Part shown: positions 55,870 to 64,000 of the stretch, in pieces
How the letters are laid out: each line of letters starts with the position of its first letter
Position numbering within the stretch: the stretch's first letter is position 1
Notes under the pieces: generated by a model
Database searches by the model: none
Seen by the model: the letters and a program-made list of their open reading frames with translations, nothing else
What the model was told of the DNA's origin: nothing
Virus record (IMG/VR): IMGVR_UViG_3300008262_000149
Coordinates: 6,309 to 70,308 of that record
Length of the DNA stretch: 64,000 bases
Reading direction: 5' to 3' (one strand)
From: a virus
Made by a program: the position numbers and the translations under genes

Positions 55870-56270
55870 TTTACAATCCATCAAATGGAGTTATTGCATT
55901 CATCATGAGATGGCCCATACTCGGCGGTTTGATCGCCGGAATCGGAGCTATCAATACAGAAGGATGGCTAGCAGCCGTGCTTGCCTTTGTGGCAGGAAGC
56001 GTCGCCGGTGCCTTCGGTCTCAGCAAACTTTTCAAAGATCAAATATGTGATTGCGAAAAGGATGGTTATTTTAAGCCTGAAGGTTCTAAGCTAGAATGGA
56101 TCGTTGAATACAATCCAGAGTCAGGTGCAGAAAGACCGTGGGACGTATATACGATGTTTGCAGGTATTGAAGCTACAAAGCAACACTATGCGTCGTATGC
56201 TACAGAAGAGAATGCTCTCAAGAAGATCGAGGTTCTAAAGGAAATGGCTTCCAAGGTTACAAAAAAGTAA
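55857..56270 (+). CDS. membrane protein
   Basis: Two hydrophobic segments. Confidence 0.35.
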   Translation: MGKMIYNPSNGVIAFIMRWPILGGLIAGIGAINTEGWLAAVLAFVAGSVAGAFGLSKLFKDQICDCEKDGYFKPEGSKLEWIVEYNPESGAERPWDVYTMFAGIEATKQHYASYATEENALKKIEVLKEMASKVTKK

Positions 56271-56742
56271 CCTTGGAAAACCCTTCAGTTTCAGTTGGTT
56301 CTTCGTAAGAAGCAATCATACGGTCAATGGCATCCTGTGGAATAGTTTTACCCAAACGTTCTGAGCGTTCAGACAGTCGCCGTTCTAATTCCTCAGGTTC
56401 AGGTGTAGGGAACACTACACACTCAAACTCGTAACCATACTTCTTGAGCTTATCAATGAACTGCTTGCGCGACTTTGCCGACATATTAGTACGATCAACA
56501 TAAAGATCATATCCGTTCTGAGCTGCAATCAGCATACGAGCTACCATAGCCATGTCTGCAAAGCGGATCGTCTCCTTAAAGATCTGATCATAGGTAAAGC
56601 CGTAGTCATCGGCCAAACCATTGATGATGTTATCAGTAGAGACGATCCATGCACCCTTAGGCCGGTTTTCGATAAGCCACGTGGACTTACCTGAACCAGG
56701 AACACCAACGAGAATTGTACACTTAGGCATATTATACTCCAA
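56257..56742 (-). CDS. pnk: polynucleotide 5'-kinase (Pnk kinase domain only)
   Basis: P-loop ILVGVPGSGKSTW and layout like the T4 PseT N-terminal domain; no phosphatase domain. Confidence 0.6.
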   Translation of the reverse strand: MEYNMPKCTILVGVPGSGKSTWLIENRPKGAWIVSTDNIINGLADDYGFTYDQIFKETIRFADMAMVARMLIAAQNGYDLYVDRTNMSAKSRKQFIDKLKKYGYEFECVVFPTPEPEELERRLSERSERLGKTIPQDAIDRMIASYEEPTETEGFSKVTFL

Positions 56743-56882
56743 GAGACGACTTATTGTGCCATTGCTTCATGAAAGCACGATATTTTGTCATGTTTGGTTT
56801 TTGACTACGATTCCCACAAATCCATCTCCAACCAAACAAAGCGGTTTGTACACAAACATAATAGTAATGCCTGCGGAACCAT

Positions 56883-58097
56883 TTAGTCATTGTAAGTTAC
56901 TCCAGGAAACCAAGCATCACGAATCGCTTCGTACTTTACAGTCTTGGTCAAGTTGTTACGAATAACATTCTTAACTGCTTCGACAATCTTGTGATCGTCA
57001 GTCTCATCCCAGCACTTAAAAATCGTAGCACGAGTGTACTGATTGAACGCAGGTGCGATTTCGAGAGCAAAGGTCTTACGATCAACATTCTCTTCACGGA
57101 TATGCTCGAGCATATTGCTAATCAGTTGAGCCTGACCATACACTTCGATATTGAACAAGTGCTCAAAACGACCAAGCTCAAAACGATCCTCAGCAGGTAG
57201 ATGAGCCTTAATGTCATCCAGTGCTTCATCCAGAATCAGTTCGACAATGTTGCGATCCTGTAGGATAGCTTCCTTCGCCCTGTGAATCTGCAGGTACCAA
57301 TGGCACTTCAGCTTAAGCATGTGCCCATCATAAAAACGAACTACGAAACCTTCGAGGTCTTCCAGATCACGAACGTACTCGACGAAAGCCTTCATATCAG
57401 TCTGTGGTTCGAAGGTACGAACAACTGGAATACCCGCAAGTTCAGCAAATGAAGAAATATAGAAATAATCCATATATTCACCAGTCTTCATGTTTCGCAT
57501 TGCAGTCAAGATAAGAGTATCTTCCTTGTAATCCAAAACAATGCGCTGCTTGCGTGAACACCATTCAAAGATCGGAGTAAGACCTAACAAGATAGCATTG
57601 TTCGCCAATGCTTCGTATTGGGGATTGTTCTTAACGAACTTTTCAACAGGCTTTGCCACATCAGTAGCGCCCATCTTCGTACCCCAGATCATCTGATCGA
57701 TCACAACGAATGGCGCAATCATCGAGCCATCGAGCTTTTCGAGGATAGCATGTGGACGCGACAGATCAACAACATGGTCCTGAGTCTCTTCACGCTCATT
57801 CACGTTGAAGAACTTGTGGAAAGGACGACGAAGGATCTCACCAGTCTCAGTGTCGAAGATGATACCGCGGCACTCACGACGAAGGCGAGCGTGAAGGTTT
57901 TCTACTTCATAATGGTCGTGGTTTGCACGTAGATCATCAGACGCAAGCACATCAGGAAACGTATCAGCCATCATCACGTTGTAGTTGATGACGGTGTAGC
58001 CTTCCTTCTCGGCAACCACGAACTCGTCGCGGCCTTCGATAGCAGGCAGCACATCAGAGATGTTGGTGATATATGGAAATTCGTAGTTCATAATCAA
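56883..58097 (-). CDS. rnlA: RNA ligase 1 (RnlA-like)
   Basis: Motif I EKLDGSM (T4 KEDGSL), FEW, EGFVV. Confidence 0.7.
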   Translation of the reverse strand: MIMNYEFPYITNISDVLPAIEGRDEFVVAEKEGYTVINYNVMMADTFPDVLASDDLRANHDHYEVENLHARLRRECRGIIFDTETGEILRRPFHKFFNVNEREETQDHVVDLSRPHAILEKLDGSMIAPFVVIDQMIWGTKMGATDVAKPVEKFVKNNPQYEALANNAILLGLTPIFEWCSRKQRIVLDYKEDTLILTAMRNMKTGEYMDYFYISSFAELAGIPVVRTFEPQTDMKAFVEYVRDLEDLEGFVVRFYDGHMLKLKCHWYLQIHRAKEAILQDRNIVELILDEALDDIKAHLPAEDRFELGRFEHLFNIEVYGQAQLISNMLEHIREENVDRKTFALEIAPAFNQYTRATIFKCWDETDDHKIVEAVKNVIRNNLTKTVKYEAIRDAWFPGVTYND

Positions 58098-58099
58098 GT

Positions 58100-58186
58100 C
58101 CTAAAAAAGTCAGATGGCGAGGATCGATCCACACTGCAGTCACTAGCAATTTACGAAAGATCACTCGTGATCCACACCATCTGATA
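58100..58186 (-). promoter_or_regulatory. long hairpin plus U-tract immediately upstream of the rnlA start (possible attenuator/terminator)
   Basis: Inverted repeat CAGATGG...CCATCTG followed by TTTTTT on the minus strand, 8 nt before the ATG. Confidence 0.3.
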
Positions 58187-58191
58187 GTTTA

Positions 58192-58220
58192 GTTTTATAC
58201 TATATTCGATAATATGTACA
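58192..58220 (-). promoter_or_regulatory. early-promoter-like element TGTACA-N17-TAAAAC (weak -10)
   Basis: repeated promoter family. Confidence 0.3.
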
Positions 58221-58227
58221 CAGTTAT

Positions 58228-58401
58228 TTTAGTAGAAGTAAAACTCTCTGAGTTCGTCTGTCATTTCGACATAGACAGGAATCGTTCGGTATCCACGATT
58301 TTCCCAGTAATCAGTATTGCCTTCAGTCTCAAAGGTCTCACCAAAAAACTTGAACCCGAACTTACCGTCGCCAACGACAGCGTATGCAATCTGCTGCATT
58401 A
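58228..58401 (-). CDS. small hypothetical protein
   Basis: About 57 aa; coordinates worked out by hand. Confidence 0.25.
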
Positions 58402-58698
58402 CAAAACCTTTCCATCCAGAGTGAAGTATCCGCGACCGAGCTCGTCCTTTTCGAACACCAAAATTCCGTCGTTCTTCAGGATCTGAAGAGGAGCTTCACC
58501 GTGAGGGTTGTAGGCTCCACCAAGGCGGCTAAAATACTCTTCAACCGAGTAGTGCTTGATCAGGGTCTTAAGGAACTTAGCCTTGGTAACAGGACCGCGG
58601 TGCTTGAACCGAGCAACGAACTTACGTTCACCGGCTTCGGTGTTATAGTGAAGGTAGCCACCGTGGTATTCGAAGTTGGTCTTAGTAAAAGCGGTCAT
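58399..58698 (-). CDS. hypothetical protein
   Basis: Start MTAFTKT with GGAG-N6-ATG; shares its leader with 15009..15110. Confidence 0.4.
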   Translation of the reverse strand: MTAFTKTNFEYHGGYLHYNTEAGERKFVARFKHRGPVTKAKFLKTLIKHYSVEEYFSRLGGAYNPHGEAPLQILKNDGILVFEKDELGRGYFTLDGKVL

Positions 58699-58722
58699 GT
58701 TCATCTCCATTCGTTATTATTC

Positions 58723-58751
58723 ACCCTACATCACTTTTCAAAATATGTACA
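58723..58751 (-). promoter_or_regulatory. early promoter TGTACA-N17-TAGGGT
   Basis: repeated promoter family. Confidence 0.45.
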
Positions 58752-58779
58752 CAGTTATTTTTTAAAAAGATGAAAAAAA

Positions 58780-59007
58780 TTAGAGTTTGGAGAGATATCG
58801 AGACATCCAGTTAGTGAAGGAGCGGCGGATTTTTCCGTTGCGGATGACATCGTCGATTCCGTAGCCGACGATATGGTTGTTGTAGAAGATAGGACCGTGG
58901 TTACGAGTAGGGGTTTGGAGAATGTAATCGGCCATGGTTTGGATATCGGGGAATTCGGGCGAGTGGTTGTTTTGGCCGAGGTTATCGAAATATTGGATGG
59001 TGTACAT
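58780..59007 (-). CDS. hypothetical protein
   Basis: GAGGAGAAAACACATG ribosome-binding site. Confidence 0.4.
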   Translation of the reverse strand: MYTIQYFDNLGQNNHSPEFPDIQTMADYILQTPTRNHGPIFYNNHIVGYGIDDVIRNGKIRRSFTNWMSRYLSKL

Positions 59008-59031
59008 GTGTTTTCTCCTCAATAGAAAACC

Positions 59032-59060
59032 AACCTACACCTTTTTCGAAATAATGTACA
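59032..59060 (-). promoter_or_regulatory. early promoter TGTACA-N17-TAGGTT
   Basis: repeated promoter family. Confidence 0.4.
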
Positions 59061-59061
59061 T

Positions 59062-59090
59062 AAAAAAAGGGACGGCCCGAAAGCCGCCCC
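59062..59090 (-). terminator. intrinsic terminator (GC hairpin plus U7)
   Basis: GGGGCGGCTTTCGGGCCGTCCC followed by TTTTTTT on the minus strand. Confidence 0.6.
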
Positions 59091-59230
59091 AAATGCGTGT
59101 AGCAGGAGGAACCCCACCTGTAATCCTGCTTATTCCAGTCGTCAATTAAGACACTTGCCTCTTTCACGGATGAAACCGCAAATCCACGCACCACATAGTG
59201 TACTAGTATTTATACAAGTTCGTCTGCTTC

Positions 59231-59479
59231 TTAGTAACTTTTTTCACATTTTTGTAGAAAAAATGAAGGAGTCCATCCATCAAAGCCACCACCAAAATTC
59301 AAGTGGCGGCAAAGAGTCTTTGCTTCTTCTTTAGTCATATCACTCTTCATAATCTGGCGTGTTCCAGTTTCTACAACTTCATAAGTCATATGTACATATC
59401 CAGACACTGTTCCAGGGTTAGTAACAGAGGGAGTGGGTGCCCAATCACCAGTCATTTGTACTTTATAGTTTACCATCAT
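59231..59479 (-). CDS. hypothetical protein
   Basis: 82 aa. Confidence 0.35.
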   Translation of the reverse strand: MMVNYKVQMTGDWAPTPSVTNPGTVSGYVHMTYEVVETGTRQIMKSDMTKEEAKTLCRHLNFGGGFDGWTPSFFLQKCEKSY

Positions 59480-59572
59480 TTTTTCCTATTCTTTACATCG
59501 AGAAAAAGTTGAAAGACTATCATAGAAAGTATACCAAGCCCAATAGCTAATAATGTTCGTATGATATCAATC
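59474..59572 (-). CDS. small membrane peptide
   Basis: About 32 aa, hydrophobic. Confidence 0.2.
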
Positions 59573-59593
59573 ATTTAATTTTTACCTTTAACT

Positions 59594-59944
59594 TTAACTG
59601 TAATGAACAAATGTCATCAGCTTCCATTTGTGATCCATATAATGACCAAACGACGGGAAGTAGTTCATGAACTGCTCCACACACTTATCTTTATATTCGC
59701 CGAGCATGGTTAAATCAATGTCTGAGTGAGTATCTTCATAATCGCCCCAGCGAAGGTCTCCTGAGTCAAAAAGGATCTTACCAAAGATCATATAAGAACC
59801 AGACATGCCATCTAGGATGAGAGCCATATCCTTGTTGTCCTTTGTCTCATCATAAACCTCATCCCAAGCTTCTGAGAACTCTTCTGAGAACTCATCGATC
59901 TTTACACCATACACAGTGTAGTAGTGTGTGTTAATTCCCATCAC
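59594..59944 (-). CDS. hypothetical acidic protein
   Basis: ATGA coupling with the gp41 stop. Confidence 0.35.
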   Translation of the reverse strand: MMGINTHYYTVYGVKIDEFSEEFSEAWDEVYDETKDNKDMALILDGMSGSYMIFGKILFDSGDLRWGDYEDTHSDIDLTMLGEYKDKCVEQFMNYFPSFGHYMDHKWKLMTFVHYS

Positions 59945-61353
59945 TTGAATCCTTGAAATTTATTACGATTGAACTTGTTTACCGGCTTAGACTCTTCATT
60001 CATTCTACTACCAGAACTTGACGTATCAAAGACTGGCGTATCATCAACAATATCATCCTGTGCAGACTCCTCTGTGTTGTACAACTTCATCTTCGAGTAG
60101 TCAACACCGATGACGAACCGTTTATGATGAGCAGGATCTCCATAACGATTCTTCAACTGCTTGACCATAATCTGACCGAGTTGCTGTAGTTCCTCGCTCG
60201 AGATCAAGGCAAACATAAAGTCGGCTGTGGCCGGTAGACCAAACGACTCAGAGGTATCCTCAAGGCCAACGTCAGATGACGAATAACCGGTACGAGTTGT
60301 CTGAGTAGCCGATACGATCGGAACGTTGCACTCGACTGCCAGCCCACGAAGTTCTTCGGCAATCGCCTTAATCATCGTATAGGAGTTGACATTCGACCCG
60401 GCACGAATACGACTGGACATACAGATGTTCAGGTAGTCGATATAGATGATGTCAGGTACAAAGTTCTTTTTGATCTTAAGTTCGTTGATCAGGTGGCGGA
60501 AGTTAGCCGAACCAGCACACGCGGTCGGGTATTCCTTTACAATCAACTTGCCCTTAGCGCGCTTCTTCACACGGGCCATGAGAGTATCATAGGTTGTCTT
60601 TGGAAGCTCACGAAGATCAGCAGTCGACATACCAAGCAAGTTAGTATCGATACGCTCTGCAATCTTCTCCTCAGACATTTCCATAGTGATGTATAGGACG
60701 TTGAAGCCAGACATGAGATTCTGTGCAGCACAATGACACATGAACAGAGACTTACCCACACCAGTGCCGGCAAGCGCAATGTTCAGGGTCTTGCGTGGCA
60801 AACCGCCATTCGTAATCTTGTTGAAGAAATCCAGGTCAAACGGAATCTTCACCTCGGTACGATGATAGAACTCATAACGAGCATCCGAGTCGTCAAGGAA
60901 GTCGTGGCCGATGCTCGAGTCGAACGAGACAGCCAACGCGTCAGACAGAAGCTGAGGGATGGCACCAACCGAGATGCCATCCTTCCTCTTGTTATCATCA
61001 ACAAGCCTGATCGACTCCATGAGGGCATTGTAAAGAGCTTTGTCCTTACAAAACTTCTCGGTGGTATCGATCAACCAATCGATCTCACGATCTTCGCTCT
61101 TGGTCAGACCACTGATAGTAGCCTCGGCGGCCTTAAACTCTTCGTCCTTGAGCCCACTCTTGTTATTGAGATCAATAGTAAGAGCCTCCTTCGTAGGAAA
61201 CTTACTATATTTGCCAACGTACTCTTCAATCAGTTCATAAACAGTACGATCAACATTATCAGTGAAATACTCAGACTTGAGAAACGGAATTACCTTACGT
61301 GCATACTCTTCATTATGAATCAGATTTCCAAAGATAATGTTCTCAATTTTCAT
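59941..61353 (-). CDS. gp41: replicative DNA helicase gp41 (DnaB-like)
   Basis: Walker A LAGTGVGKS, DnaB-family motifs. Confidence 0.9.
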   Translation of the reverse strand: MKIENIIFGNLIHNEEYARKVIPFLKSEYFTDNVDRTVYELIEEYVGKYSKFPTKEALTIDLNNKSGLKDEEFKAAEATISGLTKSEDREIDWLIDTTEKFCKDKALYNALMESIRLVDDNKRKDGISVGAIPQLLSDALAVSFDSSIGHDFLDDSDARYEFYHRTEVKIPFDLDFFNKITNGGLPRKTLNIALAGTGVGKSLFMCHCAAQNLMSGFNVLYITMEMSEEKIAERIDTNLLGMSTADLRELPKTTYDTLMARVKKRAKGKLIVKEYPTACAGSANFRHLINELKIKKNFVPDIIYIDYLNICMSSRIRAGSNVNSYTMIKAIAEELRGLAVECNVPIVSATQTTRTGYSSSDVGLEDTSESFGLPATADFMFALISSEELQQLGQIMVKQLKNRYGDPAHHKRFVIGVDYSKMKLYNTEESAQDDIVDDTPVFDTSSSGSRMNEESKPVNKFNRNKFQGFK

Positions 61354-62420
61354 TCATCTTCCTCGAGTTCTAGATCTTCAATAGTGTCTTCACTCTGCAT
61401 GATAGAACCAGCAGCAACCGCGTACTTCTTCTCAATAAATTCATTGAACTTTGGGCAAGTAAGGATCGGATGCCAGAAGTTGAAGTCATAGGTATCAGCC
61501 ATGCGGTAGTTCTTGTCAAGGATCTCACCAGTCGACATATCAACCTTCTGGAACCAACCAGCCTTTGGCTTGATCACGTGACCAGACTCAAGAGCCATGT
61601 CCATCAGACCCGACCACTTGCTGATGCCCTTGTCCCACGATACTTCGATAGGGATCTTGCTCTTCTCCTTGACGAACCGGCTCTTCTCAACGTTGATGAT
61701 GAAGTTATAACCAGTCACATCCTTGCCGTCCTTCTCCTGCTGACGGCCGATGATGAAGATGTTATCAGCAGAGTAGTAGATGCCAGTACCACCAGACACA
61801 ACGGCCTTCGAGTACATTTCCTGAGTCTGATAAGTGTGGTTGACTACGACCAGAGGAATGTCCTTCAGATTCAGGTGAGGCGTAACCATACGGAACAGAG
61901 ACTTGAGTTGCTTCGCACGAGTCATGTCCGCTGCCGAGTTCTGCTTGAGAGCATCCTCGACTTCCTTCTTCGAGGCAAGGTTACCAACTGAGTCGATTAC
62001 GATGATGACATGATCACCGCGCTTGATCTCTTCAAGCTGCTGCATGATATCAAACTTCAACTGTTCTACATCAGTGATGGGCGTGTGCAGAACACGTGAC
62101 GTGTCGATACCGAACGAGTTAAAGTATGCCTGAGGAGTACCAAACTCCGAGTCATAGAAGAGCATGACAGCATCTGCATACTTGTCCATGTATGCCTTTG
62201 CCATCAGTAGACTAAACGAAGTCTTAAAGTGCTTCGATGGGCCGGCCCAGATCGTAAGACCCGGAACAAATCCACCATTAATCTTGCCGCTCAGAGCAAT
62301 ATTGATTGCCGGAACAGTAGTAGCCACCATATCCTTGGCGTTAAAGAACTTGGAATCGGCTAGAATATCCGAGTCCTTGATTGTAGTATTTTTACGAAGT
62401 TTATTCAGCAGATCCGACAT
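61350..62420 (-). CDS. uvsX: UvsX recombinase (RecA-like)
   Basis: Near-collinear match to T4 UvsX (MSDLL..., GPSKHFKT, VVNHTYQTQEMYSK, SGLMDMALE). Confidence 0.92.
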   Translation of the reverse strand: MSDLLNKLRKNTTIKDSDILADSKFFNAKDMVATTVPAINIALSGKINGGFVPGLTIWAGPSKHFKTSFSLLMAKAYMDKYADAVMLFYDSEFGTPQAYFNSFGIDTSRVLHTPITDVEQLKFDIMQQLEEIKRGDHVIIVIDSVGNLASKKEVEDALKQNSAADMTRAKQLKSLFRMVTPHLNLKDIPLVVVNHTYQTQEMYSKAVVSGGTGIYYSADNIFIIGRQQEKDGKDVTGYNFIINVEKSRFVKEKSKIPIEVSWDKGISKWSGLMDMALESGHVIKPKAGWFQKVDMSTGEILDKNYRMADTYDFNFWHPILTCPKFNEFIEKKYAVAAGSIMQSEDTIEDLELEEDE

Positions 62421-62468
62421 ATGTCCTCCTTGTATTCTCAGTATAGCACGTAATAATAATATTGTACA

Positions 62469-62717
62469 TCAAGAATTTAGAACACCGAGCAACTTTTTCT
62501 TGAATGCTTCAATCTTTTCTGCTCTGTTTGGCCAATGGATATATGCATTCTGGTCTGCATCTTTTACCAGGTTATTTAAAAGCGGAAGTACCATTTTATA
62601 GATCGTCTCAGCCTTTTGTTGACCTTCTTGTGTGGCTGCTTCTGCCTGTACAAATACGTCCTCGCTGACAGTCGTAAAGCCGAAGTCGAAGTCGTCGTCA
62701 AAATCTGTAATACTCAT
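62469..62717 (-). CDS. hypothetical acidic protein
   Basis: ATGA overlap with the DNA polymerase stop. Confidence 0.35.
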   Translation of the reverse strand: MSITDFDDDFDFGFTTVSEDVFVQAEAATQEGQQKAETIYKMVLPLLNNLVKDADQNAYIHWPNRAEKIEAFKKKLLGVLNS

Positions 62718-64000
62718 ACAAAGAAATCCTCCAATGTTGCACGCTTCTCTACGTGCCAACCGATAGTGTTGATGATAGATTCGATAGGTTTGATGTATGC
62801 CTTGTCAAACTGAATCTCACGGTCGATGAACGCACCGAGGCCGAACTCCTTTGGAAGAGTTGACGGACAAGAGATGACATGCTCCTTGGTCGGGTTCGGC
62901 TTCTTGAGATAAGCGAACTTGATCTTTTCACCGGATCCGATGCTCTCATATTTATTCTGGAGCTTGAGATCTTTGATGATTTTGTTGTAGACCACAGCAC
63001 CACGAACATGGATTGGGCAACCAGACTGGAACTGACCAGCGATGTAATACTTTTCCATGTCCTTGACAGACGAGGTGAAAGCAATCTCCTCGAACGGCAG
63101 CGTATTGAATCGTGCACGGAAGTCTGCAACATAACGATGGAGCGATGCTTCATCCTCGTTCATGATGATCTCGAGAGACCTCTTAATACCATCACGACAC
63201 GACGGAGGAGTCGAAGAACGAACTGCTTCGATGCCCATCATCTTGAGCTTTGGCTTATCATACTGAACACCCTCTGAGTTCCAGACATTAAGGATATACA
63301 TCTTCTTTGCCTTCCAGATGCCCTTGTTTGCGATATTCTCTCGCTTCATCTGCATCTTCTGAGCATAGGCGTTCATATAGTCGGCTAGCTCTTGATAAGC
63401 ACGATCGATAAACGGCTCGATCTTTTTCTTGCATGCATCATCAAGGAACTTCACGATCGTCAGATCATCAGCACCATTTGGATACATCATGTGTACCAGA
63501 TAGTCAAGCGTGATGTAGATCGAGTCGGTGTCAGATGCAATCACGTAGTCCATGTTCTCGGTCTTAAAGAGACGGTTGAGATACTCGTTCATCTTCTTCT
63601 CAATCCAACGGATCGAGAGCTGGCCAGACATCGTGATAGCCTCGGCGTGGTTAATGTCAAACCAACGGAAGTACTGATTGCCGAGAGCACCATAAGCCGA
63701 GTTGAGCTGGATCTTCTTGGCCATCTGCATGTTATCAAGGCGTGCAATCTCCTTGAGGAGTTTCTTATCCTTGGTCTTCTCATATTCCTTCTTTGCCTCG
63801 ATCATCTGCTTCTTGTACATCGTACGATCGTTGTACATACGATCCATCAGGCTCGGGAGGAATCCTCGTTTCTCCTTCGAATACATACAAAGGTTGGCGG
63901 CGAGAGCGCAGTTCGTCTTACGAAGATATTCACTGAACTTCTCTGCACCGCCAACAAGTAGGTCGTCGATCGTCACCTTATCATTCAAGCGAGTCACAAA
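62714..64000 (-). CDS. gp43: DNA polymerase gp43 (family B), C-terminal portion; gene continues beyond the window end
   Basis: Motif KIQLNSAYGALG and motif C VIASDTDSIY. Confidence 0.9.
   Translation of the reverse strand, partial: FVTRLNDKVTIDDLLVGGAEKFSEYLRKTNCALAANLCMYSKEKRGFLPSLMDRMYNDRTMYKKQMIEAKKEYEKTKDKKLLKEIARLDNMQMAKKIQLNSAYGALGNQYFRWFDINHAEAITMSGQLSIRWIEKKMNEYLNRLFKTENMDYVIASDTDSIYITLDYLVHMMYPNGADDLTIVKFLDDACKKKIEPFIDRAYQELADYMNAYAQKMQMKRENIANKGIWKAKKMYILNVWNSEGVQYDKPKLKMMGIEAVRSSTPPSCRDGIKRSLEIIMNEDEASLHRYVADFRARFNTLPFEEIAFTSSVKDMEKYYIAGQFQSGCPIHVRGAVVYNKIIKDLKLQNKYESIGSGEKIKFAYLKKPNPTKEHVISCPSTLPKEFGLGAFIDREIQFDKAYIKPIESIINTIGWHVEKRATLEDFFV

Noticed and set aside
56742-56883. TGTACA element in the pnk-rnlA intergenic region as an early promoter
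   Set aside because: No acceptable -10 hexamer at 17-nt spacing (GGAGAT). A TATAAT lies 1 nt before the pnk ATG instead.

Overview
This 64 kb window looks like a segment of a T4-like (Tevenvirinae-type) lytic phage genome, roughly 40-45% GC by eye. Almost all genes are on the minus strand. The exceptions are a translationally coupled plus-strand baseplate/tail block (2165-8447) and a plus-strand glycosyltransferase island (54408-56270).

Recognisable T4 core functions are:
- gp32 single-stranded DNA binding protein
- gp59 helicase loader
- a DsbA-like small protein
- RNase H
- gp61 primase
- gp41 helicase
- UvsX recombinase
- the C-terminal two-thirds of the family-B DNA polymerase gp43 (the gene runs off the window end)
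- ribonucleotide reductase NrdA and NrdB
- thymidylate synthase ThyX
- a glutaredoxin
- polynucleotide kinase (kinase domain only) adjacent to RNA ligase 1
- two free-standing GIY-YIG homing endonuclease genes, each behind a T4-type late promoter (TATAAATA)

Auxiliary content includes:
- PhoH
- S-adenosylmethionine decarboxylase (SpeH-type)
- a heptose-like sugar pathway cluster: SIS isomerase, GHMP kinase, family-1 glycosyltransferase and HAD phosphatase
- a processive family-2 glycosyltransferase cassette
- a SleB-like cell-wall hydrolase
- an embedded i-spanin/o-spanin pair
- a Lar-like restriction-alleviation gene inside a GC-rich island
- a DUF2493/SLOG protein and a DUF932 protein

The most striking features are:
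1. A circularly permuted (two-piece, alphaproteobacterial-type) tmRNA gene at about 12105-12452 (minus strand). It has a complete tag reading frame encoding ANDNDVAFALAA, and it sits downstream of a phage early promoter.
2. A family of at least 14 near-identical sigma70-like early promoters of the form AACTGTGTACA-N17-TAGGGT/TAGAAT. Two of these are placed so that they should give leaderless mRNAs.
3. A long minus-strand operon (about 47682-39083) that starts with a HAD phosphatase, a KxDG ligase-like nucleotidyltransferase and an HxGH nucleotidyltransferase, followed by large charged, His-rich proteins of unknown function.
4. A hexapeptide tandem-repeat protein encoded by an 18-bp DNA tandem array.

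The two-piece tmRNA, the SleB-type hydrolase and a secreted glycine-zipper (17 kDa antigen-like) protein all point to an alphaproteobacterial host.
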